From contig CAVUWV010000009.1 in NCBI GenBank assembly GCA_963745075.1, positions 234,351 through 298,350 of the forward strand: a stretch of 64,000 bases of DNA, in the 5' to 3' direction. The notes beneath the pieces were generated by a model that saw only the letters and a list, made by a program, of their open reading frames with translations, ran no database searches and was not told the origin of the DNA. Made by a program: the position numbers and the translations under genes. Position 1 is the stretch's first letter. Each line of letters opens with the position of its first letter. This document shows positions 31,901 through 41,122 of the stretch, piece after piece. The DNA is from Candidatus Hydrogenedentota bacterium (GTDB taxonomy: Bacteria > Hydrogenedentota > Hydrogenedentia > Hydrogenedentales > SLHB01).

Positions 31901-32440
31901 GCCGCGAACCTTGCCATCGGCTTGGTAATGCCACAGGATCTCACCCGTATCGCCCAGGCAATAGAGCGTTCCGCTCTCGGAACCAAACACAATTTCGATT
32001 CGTCCGTCGTTGTTGATGTCCGCCAGCACGGGTCCTGTGTAGTCCATCACGTCGCCCATGTCTCGACGCCAAATCCATTCGCCCCTCGCGGAAATGCATC
32101 CGGCGGTGCCGCCCCGCGACACAAAGAAGACTTCGCGCTTCCCGTCACCGTCGTAGTCAACAGCGGACGGCGTCGCTTGAAGCCCTTCCGGACTGCCGTC
32201 ATCGACACCTACGGCCCAGCGGATCCGCCCTGCGTCGTCCAGGCAGAGGATACGGCGGTCCTGAGAAGCCGCTACGATCGCTTCCTGGATGCCATCGTTG
32301 TCTAGGTCCGCCAGGACCGGCGCGGCGTAAATCTTGCCCCTCGTTTCGAGCGACCATTTTAGATCTGGCGCCGTGGCGGGGCTCGCCGCGACGGCGTGGA
32401 TGCTGAGCAGGAGCGGCCATACAAGATAGAGTGCCTTCAT
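28991..32440 (-). CDS. FG-GAP/PQQ-type propeller repeats fused to a DUF4091 (GH123-like) glycoside hydrolase domain
   Basis: Repeated GDLDGDG/DINNDG motifs; C-terminal WKYGAEGFLYWG, GYLLYPG, SIRFEIVRDGIEDYEY. Confidence 0.8.
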   Translation of the reverse strand: MKALYLVWPLLLSIHAVAASPATAPDLKWSLETRGKIYAAPVLADLDNDGIQEAIVAASQDRRILCLDDAGRIRWAVGVDDGSPEGLQATPSAVDYDGDGKREVFFVSRGGTAGCISARGEWIWRRDMGDVMDYTGPVLADINNDGRIEIVFGSESGTLYCLGDTGEILWHYQADGKVRGIPAVAPDPSTGTMLIYATFGGGREACLNSTGDVVWSHDEPMPRKERWCSPAVGDLDGDGTPEVVTITDDFQVIARDAFTGDEEWRWKGEHRIDQTSGVALVDFDGSGTLDVVCADGSGQRGPGNVYRLHNGVLVWKADAGGSVVQGPSVGDVDGDGELEILVCSRSQRLLCYSADGAIEWAIPFDTEIITTPAIGDLEGDGKIEIVVTSKDRSVYCYTLGGKADADLLPWPMMNHDAQLSGNAAGVAFHPSAAPSPEARGDRLTLQRFSPLGLGINTITFSFANDDRRPHRLEAVAEVTRPDGSLVSHRVTGRREPFEEVSSRFDLVADLGGQYRLRLRLTDLGTGQTLAEAERGTTLKPFAVERAELERLGTEGSALLSSLQDEQLQTSAATALKNAQQSVENAIGVAGDIVREGPGKKQDDAAAAVAKALRDLRRDVARVRAAAHTPDAKDFAAVPDTTLQKIFKDEPFLTKEVPQWDKTISLAQNEYEGTQLVVVPLWKDLKNLRVSVGALNQADADAVIPAENVVVNRVGYVKIGPSEYNWYVEKQGYYPDVLFPDAPVDIPMDQDAQPFFITVHAASDAAPGDYEGLIRVEADGCDPLELPLHVRVWDFALSDKTHLKTSLWMSEGQLASFYKFTDGVPFDVRKRWYDYHLQHRIGPVKDFPLGGDDRIQDFDYLIDHGMNCFFLPLPGYLPETKRPDFAKRLVDTEDILEAKGWQDLAYLYTRDELSVMGRPEIPQAVEFSQWVHTVLPDIPRLQTSPPEHALLGVADVWCPLIDHFDPALLKDRMEQGDKLWFYTVWGRPGIMIEFPATDHRIMFWECWKYGAEGFLYWGTTHWALNMTTDQRWPEIPWIPWNSQPGHNGCGYLLYPGPDATPLGSIRFEIVRDGIEDYEYFWMLRDLVSKAGDSLPQPLRERAEAILGVNPDVVVDNKTFTDDPKTLLDARAELAETIEAVLNELPQEKLR

Positions 32441-32680
32441 CGGCGTATTTCCCCCTGAAATGAATGTGGAATCATGTTTGTACGTCACATGTTTCGATGA
32501 GAAGCTATGCTAGGGCCTTGCCGACAGTAATTGCAAAGCTTGTTCGGCGCAAGTTTGATGTCTCCGCCTTCGGCTTGCGAGAATGGGTGCTGTTCATCGG
32601 AAACTCGAAAACCTCGCAAAACGTTCGTACAAATGGAACGAAGTCATGCGGGATGATATACTTAATACGAGGTAGTTTTA

Positions 32681-33229
32681 ATGCTGTGTCAGAGATGTCA
32701 TAAGAGCCTGGCGACCATGCGATACGCCGAAGTCGTGGACGGCAAAGTGTCCGAGCAGCATCTTTGCGCGGATTGCATGGCCCGTCAACAGGCGGCCGAA
32801 GCATCAGGTTTCGAACTTTCGGGCGAAGCCCCCATGCCTTGTCTGCGTCATATCGGGGGCAGCGCTACCGACTCGACCCTGCCTCGGCGTTCCTGCCGGG
32901 CCTGCGGGATTGAATTGCAGGATGTTATTCAGACCGGGCGCGTGGGATGTAGCGTTTGTTATGAATCCTTCGGCGATCAGCTCGAACCGGTTCTGCGCAG
33001 CATGCACATTTCGTTGCGGCACCGCGGCAAAGTTCCGCACCGCGACGACGCGCGCGAGCAAAAGCGGGCCCAGTTACAAACCAAGCGTGCTCTTCTGCGC
33101 AGCGCGCTCAAGACGGAGAACTACGAAGAAGCGGCCGGACTCCGGGATGAGATTCGGTCGATCGAGGATTCCCTGCGAGCCGACGACGCAAACGCCCCAT
33201 CCAAGGGCTCCAAGATAACCCATGCTTAA
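32681..33229 (+). CDS. mcsA: McsA, protein-arginine kinase activator (4 CxxC + UVR domain)
   Basis: CQRC, CADC, CRAC, GRVGCSVCYESF, HRGKVP, ENYEEAAGLRDEI. Confidence 0.92.
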   Translation: MLCQRCHKSLATMRYAEVVDGKVSEQHLCADCMARQQAAEASGFELSGEAPMPCLRHIGGSATDSTLPRRSCRACGIELQDVIQTGRVGCSVCYESFGDQLEPVLRSMHISLRHRGKVPHRDDAREQKRAQLQTKRALLRSALKTENYEEAAGLRDEIRSIEDSLRADDANAPSKGSKITHA

Positions 33230-34268
33230 GACTTTACTGGATAAACCTGCGGATTGGTTTGCGCGCAGCGGGCCTGAAGATGACTGCGTGCTCCATACCG
33301 AGGGGACCCTCGTTCGCAATCTCGCCGATTTTCCATTTCCCGAGCGGTGCTCCGACGACGAGAAAGCGGCCGTCGAAGAACGCATTCTCGCGGCATTCGA
33401 AACATCCGATTCATTTTCCGGCGGACAGTTTTACCCGATTGCCGAACTGAACTTGCAGGACTCCCGGCTACTGATGGAGCGGCACCTCATGACCCCGTGG
33501 CTGCTGGAAGGGCAGGGCGCGCGCGGCGTGTTTGTCAGCGACGACCAGTGCATGAGCGTTATGGTCAATGAACGCGACCACCTGCGAATCACGGTGCTGG
33601 CGCCGGGACTGCAGCCCCAGGAAGTGTGGAAGCGATTATCGGAGATCGACGATGTCCTGGCCACCTCATTGGACTTTTCGTTTCACGAAAAGCGAGGGTT
33701 TCTCTCGTCCTCCCTCGACGAAGTAGGCACCGGGCTGCGCGTGGCCGGTCTCGTTCATCTTCCCGGACTGAGTTCCGCGGGCCGCATCATCCCGCTCGAA
33801 CAAAGCATCCGAAAAAACCATCACTCCCTGACCGGCGCCTTTGGCGAGATTGGCAAAGCCCCGGGATATCTGTACGTGATCGCAAATCGCGGTACGCTCG
33901 GACGTTCGGAAGAGGAAATCGTGTATCACCTCCGCGCGACCGTCGGCGATGCGGTGGCGCAAGAGCGCAACGCCCGCGCGTCGAGCATGACCGAAGAAAG
34001 TTTGCCCGCGCTGGCCGACCGGGTCGGACGCGCCTTGGGAATCGCGCGGGGCGCCCGCGTCCTCGAGTTCCAGGAGGCACTCGACCTCCTGTCCGCGTTG
34101 CGGCTCGGCCTTGCCACCGATCAAGTCGAAAGTTTTTCCCTTCAGCAATTGAATGAACTGCTCGTGCTGGCGCAAGCGGCCCACATCGAGTCTCGACTTA
34201 CGGAAGAGTCGGACCATCTGGCGCTGAGCACCGCGCGCGCCAAGTTGTTTCGCGAACGTCTTTCCTGA
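33222..34268 (+). CDS. mcsB: McsB-family ATP:guanido phosphotransferase with degenerate catalytic motifs
   Basis: Colinear with McsB (RNLADFPFP, LMERHL, MVNERDH, VGTGLR..HLPGL, TLGRSEEEI, LSALRLG) and located between mcsA and clpC. Confidence 0.88.
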   Translation: MLKTLLDKPADWFARSGPEDDCVLHTEGTLVRNLADFPFPERCSDDEKAAVEERILAAFETSDSFSGGQFYPIAELNLQDSRLLMERHLMTPWLLEGQGARGVFVSDDQCMSVMVNERDHLRITVLAPGLQPQEVWKRLSEIDDVLATSLDFSFHEKRGFLSSSLDEVGTGLRVAGLVHLPGLSSAGRIIPLEQSIRKNHHSLTGAFGEIGKAPGYLYVIANRGTLGRSEEEIVYHLRATVGDAVAQERNARASSMTEESLPALADRVGRALGIARGARVLEFQEALDLLSALRLGLATDQVESFSLQQLNELLVLAQAAHIESRLTEESDHLALSTARAKLFRERLS

Positions 34269-34510
34269 ACGTAGGTCACTCATTGGCGCATGGAGTACGG
34301 TGGTTGGTCTGAGCTTCACTGACGGCACGCGATGGCTATCTCCATAATTATGTGGCGCGGCGGCGGTGGACTTCGCTTGCCCGTTCCGCCACAATATATG
34401 GACGGCCTCGACGGGCGACGCTTCCGAGTGCCGCGAGCCATGCATGGGTACGAAGAATACCAGGCTCGGCAGAAACGCTGCTATCATAACGAATTAAAGG
34501 CGAAATCATT

Positions 34511-36967
34511 ATGTGGGAACGATTTACAGAACGAGCCAAACATGTGGTCAGCGCGGCGCGCGAAGAGGCGACCCGCCTCGGCAGCGAGTATGTCCGTACG
34601 GAGCACATCTTACTCGGACTCTGCCGCGAACCCGACGGCATTGCGGCCAGGGCCCTGGAAAACCTCGGTGTCGACATCGAGTCGCTGTCACTCGAAATCG
34701 AGCAGCAGGTCCAGAAAGGCAGCGCCGTGGTGTCGGGCGAAGAAATCGCCTTCACGCCCCGGGCCAAAAAGGTGCTCGAACTTGCGGTCGAAGAAGCCCG
34801 GCGGTTCAATCATAGCTACATCGGTACGGAACATATCCTGCTCGGCCTTGTGAAGGAAGGCGAAGGCATCGCCGCGAAAGTCCTTCAGGATATGAAAGTC
34901 GATCTGGAGCGAATCCAGGCGGAGGTAATCCGATTGCTCGGAGATCAAGGAAAACCCGGACCGCAGGCCTCCTCGGGCAAGAAAAGTCAGACGCCCGCAC
35001 TGGACACCTTCGGCCGCGACCTGACCGCCCTCGCCCAAGAAAGCAAACTCGATCCGGTTATCGGCCGCGAAGGCGAAATTGAGCGCGTCATCCAGGTCCT
35101 CAGCCGCCGCACCAAGAACAATCCCGTCCTCATCGGCGAGGCCGGTGTGGGCAAAACCGCCATCGTGGAAGGACTCGCCCAGGCCATCGTCGCCGGCGAC
35201 GTCCCCGATCTCCTCTTGCATCGCCGCGTCCTCACCCTCGACTTGGCGGGGGTGGTCGCCGGCACCAAGTACCGTGGACAATTCGAGGAACGGCTGAAAT
35301 CGGTCATGAAAGAAATCCGCCGCGCCGACAACATCATTCTGTTCATCGACGAGCTTCACACCATCGTGGGCGCCGGCGCCGCCGAAGGCGCCGTGGACGC
35401 GGCAAACATGCTGAAGCCCTCGTTGGCCCGCGGCGAGCTGCAATGCATTGGCGCGACCACGCTCGACGAATACCGCAAACATATCGAGAAGGACGCCGCG
35501 TTGGCCCGTCGATTCCAGACGATCATGGTCGACGCGCCCTCCGTTGACGAGACCGTCGAAATCATTCAGGGGCTCCGCGATAAGTACGAGGCCCATCACC
35601 GGGTCAAGTTCTCCGACGAGGCGATCGTCGCCGCCGCCAAGTTATCCAACCAATACATCACGGACCGATACCTGCCCGACAAAGCCGTCGACGTGATCGA
35701 CGAGGCCGGCAGCCGGGCTCGCCTCCAAATCACCACCCGTCCCTCGGAATTAAAGGAAATCGAACAAGATATCGAGAAAGTCACCCAGGAAAAAGAAGCC
35801 GCGATCCGACGGCAGGAGTACGAGCGCGCCGCGAGCCTGCGTGACAAGGAACGGACCCTCATCGCCGAACTCGACGAGAAGAAACGGGAATGGGAGAAGA
35901 AACGGGATTCCGCTGAAACAATTGTCGGAGAGGAAGAAATCGCGTACATCGTTTCGAAATGGACCGGCGTTCCCCTTACCAAGCTCGAGGAAACCGAATC
36001 CGACCGCCTTTTGCGCATGCGGGACGAGTTGCACAAGTCCGTGATCGGCCAGGAATCGGCCATCGACGCCATCACCCGCGCCATACAACGCTCCCGAGCC
36101 GGTCTGCGCAACACCGGACGCCCCGTGGGCTCGTTTCTGTTTCTCGGCCCCACCGGTGTCGGCAAGACCCTGCTGGCCAAGACCTTGGCGGAGTTCCTCT
36201 TCGGCAACGCGGACTCCCTCATCACGATCGACATGTCGGAGTATATGGAGAAGTTCGCCGTGTCCCGCCTCGCCGGCGCCCCTCCCGGATACGTCGGGTA
36301 CAACGAAGGCGGACAACTCACCGAGCAAGTGCGCCGGCGCCCCTATTCCGTCGTCCTGTTCGACGAGATTGAGAAGGCCCACCCCAACGTCTTTAACGTG
36401 TTGTTGCAGGTCCTCGAAGACGGCCATATGACCGATTCCACGGGCCGAAAGGTCGACTTCCGGAACACCGTGATCGTCATGACCAGCAATATCGGCGCCC
36501 GGCGCATCGGCCGCTCCACCCAGGTCGGCTTCCAACGCAGCTCCATGGAGGACGAATACCGCGAAATGAAATCCCGCGTCATGGACGAAGTCAAGAAGGT
36601 CTTCAATCCCGAATTCCTGAACCGGGTCGACGAAGTCGTCGTATTCCACCGTCTTACCCACGACGAGCTGGTGCGGATCGTTGACATTCACGTGGCGGAA
36701 GTGATAGAACGCATCGGGGAAAAGGGCTACGAGTTATCGCTGAGCGATGAGGCCAAGGAATTCGTCGTTCGTGTTGGGAGCGATGAGCAGTACGGAGCAC
36801 GGCCTCTGCGGAGAGCCGTACAGCAGTATATCGAAGACCCGCTTTCCGAATCGTTACTCAAAGGGGCCTTTGCCCCCGGCATGCGGATCAACGTCCGGCC
36901 CTCGGATGAGGAAGAAAAGCTCGTATTCGAGCCGGTTATGCCCATAGCGGAAGGTGTGACTAATTGA
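34511..36967 (+). CDS. clpC: ATP-dependent Clp protease ATPase subunit ClpC
   Basis: Double Clp-N (FTERA/TEH; FTPRA/GTEH), Walker A GEAGVGKT and [11 protein letters not shown] middle domain, VGF ClpP-docking loop, YGARPLRR. Confidence 0.97.
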   Translation: MWERFTERAKHVVSAAREEATRLGSEYVRTEHILLGLCREPDGIAARALENLGVDIESLSLEIEQQVQKGSAVVSGEEIAFTPRAKKVLELAVEEARRFNHSYIGTEHILLGLVKEGEGIAAKVLQDMKVDLERIQAEVIRLLGDQGKPGPQASSGKKSQTPALDTFGRDLTALAQESKLDPVIGREGEIERVIQVLSRRTKNNPVLIGEAGVGKTAIVEGLAQAIVAGDVPDLLLHRRVLTLDLAGVVAGTKYRGQFEERLKSVMKEIRRADNIILFIDELHTIVGAGAAEGAVDAANMLKPSLARGELQCIGATTLDEYRKHIEKDAALARRFQTIMVDAPSVDETVEIIQGLRDKYEAHHRVKFSDEAIVAAAKLSNQYITDRYLPDKAVDVIDEAGSRARLQITTRPSELKEIEQDIEKVTQEKEAAIRRQEYERAASLRDKERTLIAELDEKKREWEKKRDSAETIVGEEEIAYIVSKWTGVPLTKLEETESDRLLRMRDELHKSVIGQESAIDAITRAIQRSRAGLRNTGRPVGSFLFLGPTGVGKTLLAKTLAEFLFGNADSLITIDMSEYMEKFAVSRLAGAPPGYVGYNEGGQLTEQVRRRPYSVVLFDEIEKAHPNVFNVLLQVLEDGHMTDSTGRKVDFRNTVIVMTSNIGARRIGRSTQVGFQRSSMEDEYREMKSRVMDEVKKVFNPEFLNRVDEVVVFHRLTHDELVRIVDIHVAEVIERIGEKGYELSLSDEAKEFVVRVGSDEQYGARPLRRAVQQYIEDPLSESLLKGAFAPGMRINVRPSDEEEKLVFEPVMPIAEGVTN

Positions 36968-39267
36968 GCACAAAAAAGATCCTCTTGACGGTACTGTTGG
37001 CGCTTATGATGGCCGTGCCTGCGTTCGCCCAACAGTATGAGGGAAAGACTATCCGGGAGGTCCGAATCGACGGGCTCGAGCGGGTCAGCGAGCAACTGAT
37101 CCGATCCCAACTCGAAGTCCAGGCGGGCCAACCCTACAACCAAGCCGCCATTTCCCGCGACATCCGCAGGCTATACGACACCACCTTCTTCTCATCCATC
37201 AAGGCGGATGCCTCCCTCGAGGGCGATGAAGTCGTCGTCACGTACATCGTTAAAGAAAAGCGCGTCATCTCCGAGATCAAGATTATCGGAAACGACAAGG
37301 TGCGCGACCGCGCCATTCGCGGCGTGCTGAAGTGGCGCGAGGGCGATACCTTCCTCGAAGACGGGTACAACGACGAGCGGGAAGCCATCCTGAATCTATA
37401 CCAAACCAAGGGGATCGCCAACACCACCGTCGATATCGTCGTGGAGGACATCGGTCCCTCCCAGGTTCGTATTACCTACGTGATCGATGAGGGCAAAAAG
37501 GCCCGCATCCGTTCCATCGACTTTGAAGGCAACGAAGCCCTCTCGGATCGCCAGCTACGCAAGGGAATGCAGACCAAGCGTCGCTGGTGGTTTATCGGCG
37601 GGAAGTACGACGAAGACAAACTCGAAGCCGACTTGCAGAAGGTGTTGGGCAAGTACGGCAACCACGGGCGCCTGGAAGCGGAGATCACCGGCACGCAGCT
37701 TGCCTATTCGGATAGCGGCAAGGGACTCAACATTACCATTGACGTTTCGGAAGGGCCCGAATACACCGTCGGCGCCGTGGAAACCGCCAACAACGTCGTG
37801 TTCGACGACGACGAAATCATCGATCTCCTGAAAGTGCAGGCCGGTGACGTGCACAACAAGGGCCAGGTCGAAGAAGACGCGCAACTCGTATCCAAAGGAT
37901 ACGCCGACAGCGGCTATGTGAACGCGACGGACACGCCGCAAGTGACGCTCGACCGGAGCAACAAAACCACCAACATCGTCCACCGGATCGAAGAAGGCGA
38001 TCTCAAATACGTCCGCGAGATTAAGATCACCGGCAACGATGTCACCCGCGACGACGTGATCCGCCGGGAAATCTTCGTGGTGCCCGGCGAACGTTTTGAC
38101 GGCACCTTGCTCGAAGCCAGCAAACGGCGTTTGGAGAGCACGGACTACTATGACGCGATTCGGTTCTCCATGGAAAACATCGAGGACGACGACCGCTTCG
38201 CCAACCTGTTGGTGGACGTGGAGGAAGGCCAGACCGGGTTCTGGAACTTCGGCGCCGGGTACAGCACCGATGAAGGCTTCGGCGGCTACACCGAACTTCG
38301 ATTCAACAACTTCGATATCACGAATTGGCCGACCTTCAGCGGCGGCGGTCAGCAATTCCGCATTCGTCTGAACCTCGGACAGCGCCGGACCGAATACAAC
38401 GTGAGTTTCACGGATCCCGAATTCATGGGCTACCCCCTCCTGTTCGGCGTCGACTTCTTTGACGAGTCCTACGAATACGAAGGCGGGTCCGACTACACCC
38501 AACACTCCCAGGGCGGCCAAATACGGCTGGGCAAAATCCTCTCACCGTATGTGACAGCACGCACCGCCTTGAGTTACCGCAGCATCAACTACAGCGACTT
38601 GGGCACGGGGCCGTTCAGCGCCTACTACCCCTACCTCGGCGGTGACGTGACCATCAGCACCATCTGGGGCATTAACCGCACCACCACCGATTCCAAGCGC
38701 GATCCATCATCCGGCTCCAGCCACGATTTACAACTGGAATTGGCCGGCATCGGCGGCGACAACGATTTCCTCAAGCTGGATCACGACTCGTCGTGGTATT
38801 ACTCCCTCGACGAAGAATCCAAGTGGGTGCTTTCGTACCGGTCACGGCAGGGAATCGGATTCCCCTTCGGCGATTCCGACGTGATCCCGCTCTCCGACCG
38901 GTACTTCGTCGGCGGTACGTCGACGGTTCGCGGCTACGATTCGCGTGATATCGGCCCGAAACGGCCGAAATACGGCTTCATCGGGGAAGGCGAGGCCGTC
39001 GGCGGCGAATTACGACTCGTCAACAACCTCGAAATCAAATACAAGTGGAACAAGTTCTTCCGGCTGTATGGTTTCCTTGACGGGGGCGGCGCGTGGTTGG
39101 AGCCCAGCGATTTCGGGTTCGGCGACATGCGCTACGGCGCCGGCGTCGGGATCGGCTTCGATGTGCCGAGGATGGGTCCGATTCGTCTCGACTACGGCGT
39201 CCCGCTGAATCCCGACGACGATCAGGGGTCCGGACGGTTCCATCTTCAAGGCGGATTCCGATTCTAA
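36964..39267 (+). CDS. bamA: Outer-membrane protein assembly factor BamA
   Basis: Signal peptide, POTRA repeats (GNDVTRDDVIRRE), VRGY motif, GPIRLDYG, C-terminal Phe; TTGA overlap with the clpC stop. Confidence 0.95.
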   Translation: MSTKKILLTVLLALMMAVPAFAQQYEGKTIREVRIDGLERVSEQLIRSQLEVQAGQPYNQAAISRDIRRLYDTTFFSSIKADASLEGDEVVVTYIVKEKRVISEIKIIGNDKVRDRAIRGVLKWREGDTFLEDGYNDEREAILNLYQTKGIANTTVDIVVEDIGPSQVRITYVIDEGKKARIRSIDFEGNEALSDRQLRKGMQTKRRWWFIGGKYDEDKLEADLQKVLGKYGNHGRLEAEITGTQLAYSDSGKGLNITIDVSEGPEYTVGAVETANNVVFDDDEIIDLLKVQAGDVHNKGQVEEDAQLVSKGYADSGYVNATDTPQVTLDRSNKTTNIVHRIEEGDLKYVREIKITGNDVTRDDVIRREIFVVPGERFDGTLLEASKRRLESTDYYDAIRFSMENIEDDDRFANLLVDVEEGQTGFWNFGAGYSTDEGFGGYTELRFNNFDITNWPTFSGGGQQFRIRLNLGQRRTEYNVSFTDPEFMGYPLLFGVDFFDESYEYEGGSDYTQHSQGGQIRLGKILSPYVTARTALSYRSINYSDLGTGPFSAYYPYLGGDVTISTIWGINRTTTDSKRDPSSGSSHDLQLELAGIGGDNDFLKLDHDSSWYYSLDEESKWVLSYRSRQGIGFPFGDSDVIPLSDRYFVGGTSTVRGYDSRDIGPKRPKYGFIGEGEAVGGELRLVNNLEIKYKWNKFFRLYGFLDGGGAWLEPSDFGFGDMRYGAGVGIGFDVPRMGPIRLDYGVPLNPDDDQGSGRFHLQGGFRF

Positions 39268-39297
39268 ACCCGCCCATCGCCGATAACGTGAAATAGG

Positions 39298-39326
39298 TTG
39301 CGCCAACGAAGGGGTGGTGCTATACT
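39298..39326 (+). promoter_or_regulatory. Sigma70-type promoter upstream of skp
   Basis: TTGCGC-17 bp-TATACT with an extended TG. Confidence 0.55.
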
Positions 39327-39442
39327 CCGCGCTTGTCCCGCCGGACCAATCCCCGCACCTGGCAGCCGGTGGCGGCGCATAAATCTCGAACAAACAATCC
39401 CGAATGGTTTTCGTGGAATTAACACAGAGGGGAATACGGAAC

Positions 39443-40012
39443 GTGAATATGGCGGTCAAATCCATCATGGGGCTTATCCTGGCTTCTTTCCTCGTGCCCG
39501 TGGTTGCAGCGGCTCAGCAAAGCGGCGATAGCGCGAATGCCAGCGCCGCTGTACCGTACAAGATCGCGGTCGTCAACCGGAAGGAAGTGTTCGACAACTA
39601 CGACAAGCAAAAGCGCGAGTGGCAGGATCTCGAAGCCGAAAAGAAAAAGCTTCAGGATCAAATCGACGCGCTATCCGACACCATCACCGCAGAGAAAAAG
39701 CGCCTCGAAGACGAAGGCGACTCCATGTCGGAAGAAGATAAAACCAATCTTCGGGACAAGATCGAGAGCGACTATCGCAAATATCAGACCGAGTTCAAAC
39801 GCCTTCAAGGCGAGATCGACAGCAAGTCGCGCAAGTTCTTCGGTCGCATGATGGAAGACATCGACGCGGCGGTGGTCGAAATCGGCAATGCCGAGAACTA
39901 TCATCTGATTTTTGAAGCCGACCCCAAGAGCCCCACGTCCGTGCTATACTACAGTTCGACGATCGACATCACGTCCAAAGTGATCGAACGGCTGAACCGC
40001 GAGAACAAGTAA
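39443..40012 (+). CDS. skp: OmpH/Skp periplasmic chaperone
   Basis: Signal peptide, KIAVVN, coiled coil, YHLIF, VLY..IDITSKVIERLN; lies between bamA and lpxD. Confidence 0.9.
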   Translation: MNMAVKSIMGLILASFLVPVVAAAQQSGDSANASAAVPYKIAVVNRKEVFDNYDKQKREWQDLEAEKKKLQDQIDALSDTITAEKKRLEDEGDSMSEEDKTNLRDKIESDYRKYQTEFKRLQGEIDSKSRKFFGRMMEDIDAAVVEIGNAENYHLIFEADPKSPTSVLYYSSTIDITSKVIERLNRENK

Positions 40013-40069
40013 ACTGAATCGCAAGGAGTTTGGCATCTCCGGCGTTGTACTGTCTCCGGAGCAGCAGCG

Positions 40070-41122
40070 ATGAACGCTACCCTCGCTGACATAGCCGCGC
40101 TCGTGGGCGGGACGGTGGTCGGGGACTGGTCGATTCGCATCTCGGGGCTCAACGGAATCCGCGAAGCCGCCGAAGGCGACCTCACATTCGTCTCCGACAG
40201 CAAGTACATTCCCTACCTGGAGACGACGCGGGCCTCTGCCGTCGTGGTGGACCGGCAAATGCCCACCGCCAACCGGCCCCTCATCCAGGTGGACGACGTA
40301 CGCTTGGCGATGCTCGCTATCCTCCAGAATGTCGAATCGGAGCAACAGTGGCATCCCGAAGGGATTCACCCGTCAGCAGTTATCGCTCCGGACGCGGTTT
40401 TGGGCAGGGGCGTTTCCGTCGGACCGCAGGTCGTCGTGGAAAACGGCGCAAGACTTGACGACGACGTTACCGTCCACGCCGGCTGCTACATCGGTCGCGA
40501 AGCCCGAATCGGGCCGGATTCCGTTCTGTATCCAAACGTGACCCTTCGCGAGCGGGTCCAAATTGGCGCCCGGTGCATCCTTCATTGCGGGTCGGTGGTC
40601 GGATCCGACGGCTTCGGCTTCGTTCGTCATGGCGACGCGCAAGTACGAATTCCCCAAGTGGGAACGGTTATTCTGGGCGACGACATCGAGTTGGGCACGA
40701 ATTCCGCCATCGATCGGGCGACGTTCGGCGCTACCATTGTCGGTGACGGTACGAAAATTGACAACTTGGTCCAGATCGGACACAATGTACGAATCGGGAA
40801 AAATTGCATTGTTTGTGGCAAAGCTGGCATAGCGGGCAGTGCCGTCCTGGGTGACCACGTTACGGTCGGAGCGGGGGCCGGAATCAACGGCCACATTGAA
40901 CTTGGTGACGGCGCAACGGTCGCCGCATACAGCGGGGTGACGAAATCGATACCCGAAGGCAGGGTCGTGTTGGGATTTCCTGCGGTCGAGCTTAAGCGCG
41001 CCAGGCGCATGCAGGGTGCCCTACGCCACCTTCCCGAGGCACTTCGCCGACTCAAGTCACTCGAAGTACACTTCGCGCAATTGGAAGGCCTTTTGAATGG
41101 AAAACCAGAAGACGATCGCTAG
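40070..41122 (+). CDS. lpxD: UDP-3-O-acyl-glucosamine N-acyltransferase
   Basis: Hexapeptide repeats, GSDGFGF, IPQVG, IDRA, TKIDNLVQIGHNV. Confidence 0.96.
   Translation: MNATLADIAALVGGTVVGDWSIRISGLNGIREAAEGDLTFVSDSKYIPYLETTRASAVVVDRQMPTANRPLIQVDDVRLAMLAILQNVESEQQWHPEGIHPSAVIAPDAVLGRGVSVGPQVVVENGARLDDDVTVHAGCYIGREARIGPDSVLYPNVTLRERVQIGARCILHCGSVVGSDGFGFVRHGDAQVRIPQVGTVILGDDIELGTNSAIDRATFGATIVGDGTKIDNLVQIGHNVRIGKNCIVCGKAGIAGSAVLGDHVTVGAGAGINGHIELGDGATVAAYSGVTKSIPEGRVVLGFPAVELKRARRMQGALRHLPEALRRLKSLEVHFAQLEGLLNGKPEDDR

Noticed and set aside
32441..32680. CtsR box or CIRCE upstream of mcsA
   Set aside because: No GGTCAAA direct repeat or TTAGCACTC-N9-GAGTGCTAA found; only an extended -10 (TGATATACT, 32654-32662).
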